Origin: Takakia lepidozioides
Lineage: Eukaryota > Plantae > Bryophyta
Assembly (NCBI GenBank): GCA_030704615.1
Contig: CM060734.1
Coordinates: forward strand, 43,524,001 to 43,588,000
DNA length: 64,000 nt
Reading direction: 5' to 3'
Below the pieces are notes generated by a model. That model ran no database searches, was not told the origin of the DNA, and worked only from the letters and a program-made list of their open reading frames with translations. Positions 35,840 to 46,685 of the stretch are shown here, in pieces. A program made the position numbers and the translations under genes. Each line of letters opens with the position of its first letter. Positions within the stretch are counted from its first letter, which is position 1.

Positions 35840-37330
35840 AGCTTTTTTAGTCATCCCCGCTGGAAGAAATGCGGTGCCGCATTTCCAACAACAAGGGGTA
35901 GAAGGGGGAAAAAAATAACCCTAACCGTTTTCTTCCTCTTGTCATCGCCGCTGGATTGAAATGCGGCGCCGCATTTCCGTCCATACGGTGGGGGGGGCCG
36001 TGGGGGGAAAAAAAATAAAAAAATAAAAAAATTGTGGGTTCTTTTTTTTTTTCTTGGTTGTTCTCTAGTCATCCCCGCTGGATGGAATGCGGCGCCGCAT
36101 TTCCAACAACAGGGGGATAGAGAGGAAAAAACAATAACCCTAACCTTTTTTTTCCTCTTGTCATCGCCGCTGGATTGAAATGCGGCGCCGCATTTGCGTC
36201 CATAGGGGTGAAAGGCAAAAAATAAATAAATAAATGAAGTTTGTTTTTTTGTTTTTTTTTGCCCTCTCTAGTCATCCCCGTAGGATCGAAATGCGATGCC
36301 GCATTTCCAACAACAGGGGGTAGAGGGGGGGGAAAAAATAACCGTAAAAAATTTTCTTTGCTCTTCTCATCACCGCTGGATTGAAATGCGGCGCCGCATT
36401 TCGGCCTATAGGGGGTAGAGAAAAAAAAATCCAAAAAAAAACATTTCCTTGTTTTTTCTAGCTCTACCCGTTGGATGGAAATGCGGTGCCGCATTTCCGA
36501 CCACAGGGGGGGGCGGGTAAGAAAAACCAGAACCCTAATTTTTTTCTCTATAGTCATCGTCGTTGGATAGAAATGAGGCGCCGCATTTCCAGAAGGCAAT
36601 GGGTGTATGGCAGGTGGGACGGAACACTGTCATGGAGGCAAGGGTAACTGGTAGTGGCGACTGAAATGCGGCACCGCATTTCCATCCCACTGTTATGGAG
36701 GCAAGGGTAACTGGTAGTGGGGACGGCCGAAATGCGGCACCGCATTTGCGTCCCCACTGTTATGAATGCAAGGTCTTCCGGCAGTCCGGACGGAAAAGCG
36801 GCACTGCGTTTCCGTCCCCACTGTAGTGAAGGCAAGGTCCAATGGCAGTCCGGACGGCAATGCAGCATTTCCGTCCGTCCCCACTATAATGATGGCAAGG
36901 TCCAATGGCAGTCAGGACGGAAATGCGACACCGCATTTCCATCCGTCCCCACTGTCATGAAGGCAAGGTCCAATGGCAGTCCGGACGGAAATGCGGCACC
37001 GCATTTCCGTCCCCAATGTCATGAAGGAAGGGTCTCAGGGCAGTCTGGACGGAAATGCGAAACCGATTTTCCGTCCCTACTGTCATGAAGGCAAGGGTGT
37101 ATAGTAGGTGGGACGGAAATGTTGTGCCACATTTCCGTCCTACTATTATGGAGGCAAAGGTAACTGGTAGTGGGGACTGAAATGCGGCACCGCATATCCG
37201 TCCCCATTGTCATGAAGGCAAGGTCTAATGGCAGTCCGGACGGAAATGCGGCACCGCATTTCTGTCCCCTCTGTCATGAAGGCAAGGGTGTATGGCTGTC
37301 CGAACGGATATGCGGTGCGGCATTTCTGTC
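33805..37330. repeat. Array of ~45 copies of the palindrome GGAAATGCGG-CA/CG/TG-CCGCATTTCC in three blocks
   Basis: ~63-bp period at 34050-34880 and 36660-37330. ~210-bp dimeric units at 35035-36590. Confidence 0.95.
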
Positions 37331-37539
37331 CCATTGTCATGAAGGCACGGTAAGTGGTAGTGGGGACGACCGTCCCCACCGCAAGCTCGAATGGCAGTCC
37401 GCCCACCTCACTTCCCCAAAATCCACTGAAGGGGTACATGTTGATGGCAGCCTGGACGAAAATGCATCGTCGGAGTTCCGTCCCCTTGACATCCACCATA
37501 CTCGCTCCTCAGTGGATCAAATTCGGTGTCAGTCTGCGG

Positions 37540-38341
37540 CACCCCATATGAGGCAAGTGTTCTGCAATTCGAGTGATACACGACAACATTGTGGATAGAT
37601 GATAAGAAGGAACCCAGTTGGGGTTGTCCATGCTCCTACTTTCACGGGAAGATTTGTCCATGCAAAGTTTGCGGAGGCGACGACGACCCAGTTCTGGTTC
37701 TGTAGGCATGACATTATGACTTGTGTCTATGGAAAGCCCAAGTACGGCATACAAGCAGTGCCAGAGGCTCCCCGGTGTGGCTGGTGGAACCGGGATACAA
37801 TATGAGTCAGGTTGAGGCCGACGCCTTACTGCAGCAGGATTTGGATGGTGCAGCGCACTGACGTCCCCAGACAACCATTTCGGTTCCACAGCCTCCACCA
37901 CCGACCCCTATGAGAGCAAGAACAAATGTATGTGACAACTCTAAGCATCCTACACAACGTTGGGAAAACCGAAGAGACGGCGACCTCCCTCAAAAGTGAA
38001 CGAGACAAGGATGGGGAATGCACTTGGGATGAACTATACAATCCAGAACTCAACATAATGCCCCACCAGGCTTCGGGCGTGTGTATCAGATGGCCACGGC
38101 AGGCTTAGTTGTCCGCAATGAGGTGTACACCATCACCATTTCAGAATTACCCACCTGCAATTGCACCGACTTCCAGATCATGGCGAAGAAGGGGGCATCA
38201 TACTGCCCTTGCAAGCATCTGTACTACGTGTACCTAAAGAGCCTCTGGTATAATTCCACAACTCATCACTTCATACATGCACTAGCGTTGAGCCCCGACG
38301 AGATGTACACTCTTCTGAATATGGATCCAGGGGACCAGTGA
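37540..38341 (+). pseudogene. C-terminal fragment of a related transposase with SWIM finger
   Basis: APTFTG...FWFCRHDIMTCVYG and PTCNCTDF...CPCKHLYYVY...FIH parallel 29932-30207 and 29380-29928. Confidence 0.75.
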
Positions 38342-39252
38342 GCTTGGCTTGCGGGGCACAAGACAATGTTACGCCCATTCTTTTCGGAGTTTCAGTTATA
38401 GTAGAACTGTACTACTGCAAGTACCTCTAACTTTGGCTACAGAAAGGTTTGACTTATGTCTTGTCTACCAGTAACCTATTTTGGTCAAACTAAGATAATA
38501 CTATGTCATTACCTTCTGTTTCCACGTGCCTGGATTTTGTTTTTTTTGGGGGTTCTTGTTTTCTGCTCTCCCAAACTTTGCTTATCTCATTCGACCCCGG
38601 CGGCAAGAAAATGCGGCGCCGCAGTTCCAAGTAACGTAGTAGGTACTGGTAGTTGCAGCCTTGGTCATAGTAAGATAATCGCACCGAGTCTTCAGGGCGC
38701 CGACCGTCGAGAACATTGAACCCCTTAGAATTCTCGCACGTGCGAACCGTAATGCGGCACCGCATTTCCTAGTGGAGTGGCAAACCTTTCCCACAGAATG
38801 CAGGAAGAAGAAGCAAGAATTTTCAAGCACTGCAGACTGTGTTGTTGCATGGGGATCATACAATCGTGACAGAAGGGTCAGCTTCATTCCAATGTTAGGG
38901 CATATAAAACCGCGGAATACTCTATACACGCCAGTATACAGCGTCCTTTTGCTGTGGTATACTGGATTTCTCATTGCACGGTCAGTTTTTTCCATGAGCA
39001 GATTTACAAAACCATGAGCGGAATTGTTACTCACGACATATCTTTGCCGCATTATAGGATCTGGAACTTCCAAAAACAGCAATGTCAAATTAAAAACTAT
39101 TATTTTAATACTTTTTTAATCTGCCGCATTTCCAAATTTGGAGAAGTCCGCTCATGAAAACCGCGTATCTTAGACTTCGGCTCACCGCTCATGCGGCTCA
39201 TGCGGCTCATGGCTCATGGCTCATGGTTTCTGCTCATGAAATAGTAAACCTC

Positions 39253-40706
39253 CTCCACTGCCCTCCCCGGCTATGGACATTTTGAAAATGTACACTTTGT
39301 TCGACCCTTGACCTGGGAACACACTCTCTTGAATATAGTCATACCTGCTCCGTCGCTTCAACTCGAAAATGTTATCAACGTACCCTCTGTTAGCAGAGCC
39401 CATCCTCAATGCATTCACCTAGTTCTTAATGTTCGGCGAGCTCAAGGTAGAGAAGTGATCCATAACATTGTCCAAGGCTGACCCGTCGAGTTTCCTGCCC
39501 ACAGAATCTCCTTCACTAAGAATATGGGTTTCCAGGAAAGGCTTGCTTGCTCCAAGAACAATTGTGGAGGTGGTGACTGTTGGATTGCTCTCATACTCTT
39601 GTCTTATCAACCTGGATATTGTTTCAACGCTTTCCCTGTAATCCCCCTTCGACACAGGATGGTTGTGGAACCCAAAATGCACACCGGCTCTAGTCAAGGT
39701 TGGAAAACGGTGCACCACATAGTACATTCTTGCTCCACACACTGCCACACAGGAAGGCGCTCGTTTGTATAACTTGCAAACGAAAGTGTTGGAGCCTGGA
39801 GGTGCTTGACCGGGCTTGAAAGGATTCTCGGCAACACCCTCCCACTCGCTCTGGTTCTGAACCTTTGACCGCAGGAAATGTCTACAACTCAAATTCTCGC
39901 ACCTCAGGTGCCCATTGCACACCGCTCTTCTGAACACGAGCTTGTCATCATTTTGAATATTGGATGTCTTCATTCTACACCATGGGTGTCCATCGTGTCT
40001 CTTGTCCATTCCGTGCATGAGGCTCGAAACGGGTCCACCCCGCCCAGATGGAGGCAGCTCGGAGACGACAACCCCATCAAAAGATTCTGGAAGGTACTGC
40101 ACACGCTCAACAGGGACAGTGTCCCAGTCAATCCCCCGCAATTCACTCTTGAAACCGGGCATTCCTCCCATTGACTTCAATTTAGGAATGACAGTACATA
40201 GGTCCTTCAATTCCGGCACCACGACCACCGGAGAACGAGCAAGAAAAGGAATTTTCGGGACGTCCTCCTCCGAGGAGTCGGAGAGCTCAACAACTAGTCT
40301 GGAAGTTGTGGGCTCCGTCTTCACGACCACATTCCTCTTGTCTTGAACAACAGAAGCAGCAGTTCCCGGCGTCACATACGAACCAATCGAGTGCCGGCGA
40401 GGAGCTCCAAGGACTCTGTATCTTCCTGGAGGAACTCTCCACTAACTCATAAGTGCGTTTTCATCCGGTTTCTGGGAAAGCATACTTCTTCAACTTCCCA
40501 TCGTCACCGTAAACCTCTCTTTCCAGCCACACAGTACCATAGTGGAACTCGAAACGCGTTGCTAGGAGATGTTCCCCCGCAATTGCAAAACCATTGTCAT
40601 CGGTCTCCTTCGAGAAAGGTACTGGTTTCTCCACAGAGTAAAACTCCGCTTCGGAGGAAGCCATGTTGCTGCAAGAGAAATTCCCTCGCAGAAGTGCGGA
40701 AGCCAC
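39253..40706 (-). pseudogene. MULE-like transposase, N-terminal half with GCM/WRKY-like zinc DNA-binding region
   Basis: DGHPW...CNGHLRCENLSC...CGARMYYV...GFHNHP. Continues in frame into 31477 across the TSD (AGEGSG/VSLVKRMQ). Confidence 0.75.
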
Positions 40707-41314
40707 AACTTCTGTGCGGATTCTTGTTACAAACGATAGTGGGGATTACATTTCTCATGCTTTGTATTTCAGACCGAAACCCAAAAGTCCGTCACCTTTA
40801 CTAACGAGGTCGGCAAAGGACAACACGTCATGTATGTCCCAAACCGTTCTGGAAGGGTAAGCCAAGACCTGTTTTAAAGCTGACATACCGTTAAAGAGCC
40901 TCTTTCAGAAATAGTTGTCAAAACAGTTCATAAAACAGTTGTTAAGCAGTTATGTGCCTTTACAGACACATGTGAAATGACGGCGGAGACCGACATCCCA
41001 TGCCACCCCAATGTGTTCAGCCACGTGGTACCCGACATGCATTGAGTATAAGGTTTAAGAGGAATCGCCGTCGAACGAATGGAAGATGTTCATCCGGGAG
41101 AATCCAAAAAATCTACTGAAATTAGTCATCCATCCAAATTAAATCCATGCGATGGCCATACCTCCATAATGAAAGACGGCGGCCACCGCAGAATGGACGA
41201 GTGTGTCGTTAGGAGGGGGAGTATCTTGATCTATTGACTTCAAATATTGGGACTTGGGCGATTGATGACCAAGCGATGATCTTATTGGGATGGATACTTG
41301 TCAGCTATCCGATG

Positions 41315-41433
41315 TTAGAGGGACCTAATCACCAGCTAGGGGGGTGATTGTGGTATAGCTTTCTAGGATTGTGTGCTTAGATTGTGTGGTGGACAGCGAT
41401 CTATGTTGTGGCACGATGCTTAAGTGCACGACA
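41315..41433 (+). repeat. Retroelement 3' end: PPT-like tract plus putative short LTR (41349-41433)
   Basis: ttagagggacctaatcaccagctaggggggtgat-TGTG...gcacgACA, homologous to the reverse complement of 57268-57488. Confidence 0.5.
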
Positions 41434-43112
41434 ATATGCAAAGAGGCAAATATATGTGATTGAAACTATTTCACTATGATGACAGGAGAATAATACTGTA
41501 GGGCGAATACTTGGTCCATTTTGTTTTTGTTTGAAGCTTGAAAATTTGTCTAAGTCCTTGGATGGATTTGTGTGTTTTAATCAGTGATGGATGGTGGGTT
41601 TATGTTTGTTGCCAGAACCCTAGAATTACGGGGTTACATGCTGCGAGCTATAGAGCGAAGGAGGCGTTGAAGCTGGAGTATGTATCCTACTGACAAACAA
41701 CAATGTGGAGGCTCATTGGGTAGTGGAATAGTATGGAGAGAAAGAAGATAAAAAGGTGAAGGGAGATGGTGAACGGACCTGAAAGTACGGTGGGAGGAGG
41801 TTGTATTTTGGAGGATGGAGTATTGGAGTTGATGCGAATTGAATGAAGGGGAATGCAACGATTTTGGGGTATCTGGTGTACGTTCACGAGCTAGGTTAAG
41901 GACAGCTGCATGCAACCGAGTATTTGTAGAGTTTCCTTGGCATCTCTGTAGTTCTGAGTTTGTAGCTCGTTCTGCTCTTGTGCATTTTGATGTAGCAGCT
42001 GCGCCTATCTGTGTGGCAGTGGGTGGGTGTTGGAATGTACTTCATACTCTGGGATATAATCTTTGTAGACTAACCTTCATATAAATGGATTATATCTGGT
42101 GGTAATGGGCTGTCACTTGAAGTGTAGTTTCTGGGTTGTGGGATTCTTTGACATCTCATAGATAGTTCTTTCTCCGAGCTCATGTCTTGGGTATAGGTAC
42201 TGCTGCATAATAGGTAGTGGGAAGCCTAAACTTGAGTGGCTGTTTCATGAATTGACTTAGAAAACTAACCTGCAGTCAGTTTAGTCTCTGGGGTGCCTGT
42301 TTTCATTGGAAATGGGAACTCTGGGATGACATATTGGGTGGCGTAACTGGGAATATGTTCGTGATTAGTGGGTGCACTTAGCTTGTAGTGGGGGATTTCT
42401 CATGAATCACCACACAAAAAAGGGGGGGGGGGGGGGGGGGGGGTTTCGACGTCGGGGCCACGCCGCACCCACGCCGGGGCCTCGTAAAACAGCCCTTTTC
42501 GGGGAGGGAGGAAGAACAGTGATGCCCGAGCGTCGCAAGCCCGTCGCCAATAAAACGTCACAAATTTGCGACCAATGGGGGTCGCAAAAAGGCGAAACCG
42601 CGATTTGCGACGCCGACGCGCGGGCGTCGCAAAGAAAAAAGAAAAAAAACCCACTCTGCATTGCAGAATTAGCATCGTTCGGGGGTCGCAAAGGGCGACG
42701 CCCGGATGTCGCAACTTAGAGAAGAAAGTAAGGGGACAATCTATAGGCCGGAGTGGCAGTCAGGGGATGACCGACGTGCACTGCTCCCAGTGCGGTTTAT
42801 TGGGAATGTAGCGGTGGATCATATGAACGTGATACCCACATTGGCTGCATTCTCAGGGGTCATGGCTTGGGGTGGTGACATTTTGGAGGGCAATAGCCAT
42901 GTAGATGATAGGCCACCACCTGATGAGGACAAGCAATTGGCATACAAGGTTGAGTTGCTTCCTCATGTTCTTGTGCATAGCTCATGTAGTGTGTACAGTT
43001 GGGGATTTGCAGCGAGTGGGCAGATTGTGTGCAGCAAGTATGGCAGGAGGCCTTTCCATTGGTAGGTGAGGGGAGTTCAGTGACATCACCTGGACCTCTT
43101 TAGTTAGCTCCA

Positions 43113-44100
43113 TTGGACACAGTGCCTATTATCTGGCAACAACCTGACTCAGGCATTTGTTTGTTAGACCTGTTTGGAGGCATGAGCACTGGGCTTGCAA
43201 GAGTATTGGAAGTAGGAATCAAAGTACGCAAGTACTTATATGTGGAGAAGGATGAGATTGCTCGGCGTTTTCCATGCGCCATGTTGCCTTTCTCACACAT
43301 CAGTATCCTGAGTTGTTGCCTCTCTCAACAATTCAAAGGGTACCAAAAGGCCTTGCCAGCAGACATTACCATGCTGGGGACGGAGGATTTGGATCGGCAT
43401 GGTCCCATTGACTTGGTGATAGGAGGGTAGCCTTGCCAAGGATATTCTCCCGCAGGTCATGGTAATGGTTTGCATGATGCACGATCGCATCTATTTTGGG
43501 AGATGTTGCGAGTGTTGCGTGACTTGCAGGTGAGGCAAGTGCAACCTCTAGCTTACATCCTGGAGAATGTTCTTCTCATGGGGGATTCTCGGGCCAGGGT
43601 TATGGCCAGTGTGCATTAGATCTGGTCATGGATTGGACCAGCTATATTGTTGGATGCAGTTGCAGTGGGTTCACGGGCACATAGGCCTAGGTTGTGGTGG
43701 ACCAATCTTGCACCACCAGAGTTGCTCAAGAGAACCTATGATTCTATTCAACGGCCACCCAACCTCACGGTTGAGGGCATTTTGGACCAAGGGATGCAAC
43801 CACAGAGGGTGCGACATGATGATCGTCCACCTTTGGCGTTGATCAATCGAGTGGGGCAACCACGTGCGGCCTTGCCTACACTCATGAGTTTTCCTTCGTC
43901 TCATGCTTTTCGAGACAATGGTCTAGGGTTGATTTGGGACAATGCGCTACAGCAATTGGTGGAGCCTAGTGTGGATGAGCGAGAGTGGGCAATGGGGTTT
44001 GCCACGGGCACTAGAGCTGTGCCAGCTCTGTCAGAGGCATCACGACGCCAAGTGTTGGGTCAGGCAATGGATCTTAATTGCTTGACATGGGTTACTGGCT
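43113..44100 (+). pseudogene. C5 cytosine DNA methyltransferase domain (DNMT3-like), retrotransposon-borne
   Basis: Motif I LDLFGG, II YVEKD, IV GG*PCQG (43422-43442), VI ENV (43563), VIII RPRLWWTN, X RRQVLGQAMD. Disrupted by stops and frameshifts. Confidence 0.9.
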
Positions 44101-44619
44101 TGTGCATGGCTGAGCAATGGAGATTGCAAACATTGGTGGCTACTTCTGCACTTACATTGGATATTGCACCCTCTCTGCCCACCGGGACGGTGGAGGCAGT
44201 GAGTGGGGACGAGCGCAGGATCGTGGGATGCAAGCACCCATGGCGGATGTGGGATGAGACGCAAAGAGATAGTCATTGGATCTCTCAAGCAGTATTATGA
44301 GGAGTGGGGAGAGCCATACACTGAGGATCACTTGGAGGCCAAGGAGGCCAAGGTTTTTGAAGAGGTTGAGAAAGTTTCTTGCTCAGAAGATGTTCTCAAG
44401 GTGGCTATGGCGGAGCAAATGGAGGCTACGCCACAGTCAGGGTGGGCGGACAAAACCCAAGAGGTTGCTATCTAGAAACCAAATGATGCGTCTCCTACCT
44501 CCTAGCCCGGTGTACCCAAGGTTGCAGTCATCGAGGACAATTGGGAACCAGATGTTGGACCTACAGTCACCGGAGGAGAGAGACGGAGGAGAGAGACGGA
44601 GGATCCAGCGATTTCTAAG

Positions 44620-45840
44620 GGCTTATAGAAATTGCTTTGCCTTTGGTTTGAAGGATTTGGGAGTTTGAAGGGCCAGGAGATTCGTATTGATTTGGCAAGT
44701 GATACGCCAATTTTTTGAAGGCCCTACATGTACAGTGACATGGAGAGGTCTTTGATCTAGTCACGGACTATGGAGTTGTTCGAAGCTGGATTGGTGGAGT
44801 TGTCAGGCGGAGAGTATGCCTCGGCAGTGGTGATGCCAGCTAAGAAGGATAATGGCAATTGGACAGAAAGAAGGATGTGTGGGGACTATCGTCCTGTGAA
44901 CTGTCAGACTAAGTCCGATAGATATGTCATGCCAATTCCAGAGGAAATCTTTGATGCCATTGGGCATGCGAAGGTGTTTAGCACATTGGACTTACGATTG
45001 GGTTATCACCAGTTGCCAATCAAAGAGGCTGACAAGCAAAAGACGACATTCTAGGGGATTGACCAGCATGGGAAGGATTGTTTGTACCAATGGCGCTTCC
45101 TACCATTTGGGTTGAAGAATGCTCCTGCAGAGTTTCAGAAGGTTATGGATAGGATTCTTGCAGGGCTAGATTTCGTCTGGTGCTACATTGATGATATCAT
45201 CATCTTTAGTGCCACGGTTGAGGAGCATGAGAGACACCTTCAGGTGGTGTTTGAGCGTTTGAGGGCGCATGAATTGAAACTGCACCCTGGAAAATGCAAG
45301 TTCTTCCACGATCAGATTGAGTATCTGGGCCACATGATATACCCTGGAGGATAGGATGTTCAACAGACAAAGGTGGAGGCCATTGCACGCATTCCACACC
45401 CCATAGATGTAAGCAGAGTTCGTGTTTTCATGGGGTTGACAAACTACTATCGACGGTTTGTCAAGGGATTTAGTAGCATTGCAAATGCTCTTATCAAGTT
45501 GACCAAGATGGATCAGGAGTGGCAGTGGGAGGAGGAGCAGGATGAAGCCTTTGAGGAACTCAAGGCTCGATTGACTTCTGCGCCTATTCTGAGGCGGCCT
45601 ATTCGGGGGCGGCCTTTCCAGCTACATACGGATTGGAGTATGCTGGGGATTGGAGCAGTGCTCACACAAGTGGATGATGAGGGAAGAGAGTTCATAGTGG
45701 CATATGCTAGCCGCTCGAACAATGATGCCGAGACAAAGTATAGTTCCTCTGAAGGGGAGCGTCTAGCTGCAGTATGGGCAGTGGCGTATTTTAGATGCTA
45801 CCTCTATGACAATCTCTTCACCTTTATTATGGATAACCAA
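44620..45840 (+). pseudogene. Reverse transcriptase and RNase H
   Basis: RMCGDYRPVN, LDLRLGYHQ, LPFGLKNAPAEFQ, YIDDII, HTDWSMLGIGAVL, EGERLAAVWAV. Confidence 0.95.
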
Positions 45841-45844
45841 GCTC

Positions 45845-46680
45845 TACCTCTACATTGCCTCATCCTCGGTCACTATTGTTCCCTTGGAGCTGGCCTGGCC
45901 GTAGCTCAGGATACAAATCATAACAATGGGCCTCCTCATGTCCATACCTTCCACAAATGCTCACACTGTAGTTGTGTAGGCTGTGCCTGTGCTGGCCCTT
46001 TGCCTCTCTCCGGGCAATCCTTTTTGACATGTGGTCATCCACAATCCCAACATGACACATTTGTCTGTTGCTGGCCTGAAAATGAAAGGAGATACCTCTG
46101 AATCTGAGATCCTCTCTGGCCTTCCCTAGGCTTCATCTGAGCCCCCTTGTTGCTTTGAGCACGTTGGGGAGTTGGTTGTTGTTGGCTAGGAACTCCACTT
46201 CGTTGTGTCTCTTTGCCAAACCCCACCATAACCACCTGCTCCTCCACCATATTGAACTCTATCCGCTCTGCCAGCAAAAACACATTTGTTAAGGTGGGTT
46301 GCCATACTTGTAGGAGAGTTGCATCCCGCACCCTTCTCCTCAGCTCCTTGTCCAGGATCCCATAGTCAGGTGACCAATACTCCTGCCATTCCTCAATCTC
46401 CACCTCATGTCCCCGCCTAAACTCATAGTTATCATCCATGGGCGGCCCCTCAACGTGCTAAAACAACCCTTTCCACGCCATAAAAGGCGTAAACAGTTGT
46501 GGATTGCGCATCTGCTGCAAATCACACCAACTATCAAACTCCTGTATGAAACCATCAAGCTCGATGGTGCCCACAGCTCCAGAGTACCGGCGTGGCCCCT
46601 TGGTAGCTCCATACATATCCTCCATTGTATCCCATAACAATGGCAAGGAAATGGCTTGCACCCTCGACGAGAATCCTCCT
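45845..46680 (-). pseudogene. Retrotransposon gag fragment, opposite orientation to the adjacent pol
   Basis: RYSGAVGTIELDGFIQEFDSWCD capsid-like start and Cys/His knuckle remnants (CWDCG*PHVKKDCP; CGRYGHEEAHC). Confidence 0.65.
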
Positions 46681-46685
46681 GACTC

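Larger units (their letters stand above)
31486..39252. mobile_element. Nested 7.8-kb TIR DNA element (MULE-like, apparently non-autonomous)
   Basis: 8-bp TSD CTCCACTG at 31478-31485 and 39253-39260. Imperfect TIRs GGGGGCTGCTATTTCATGAGC and GAGGTTTACTATTTCATGAGC, with subterminal CATGAGC repeats. Removing it restores the host reading frame. Confidence 0.9.
42716..45840 (+). mobile_element. Degenerate Ty3/gypsy pol fragment carrying a DNA methyltransferase domain
   Basis: Post-protease-like segment, then DNMT, RT and RNase H on one strand. Confidence 0.85.

Noticed and set aside
33805-37330. CRISPR array
   Set aside because: Spacers are related to each other and repeat in higher-order units. 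No cas genes, and the context is a eukaryotic transposon.
33848-37500. Many short ORFs with GNAAPHF / KCGAAF / MRHRIS
   Set aside because: These are translations of the palindrome in all six frames.
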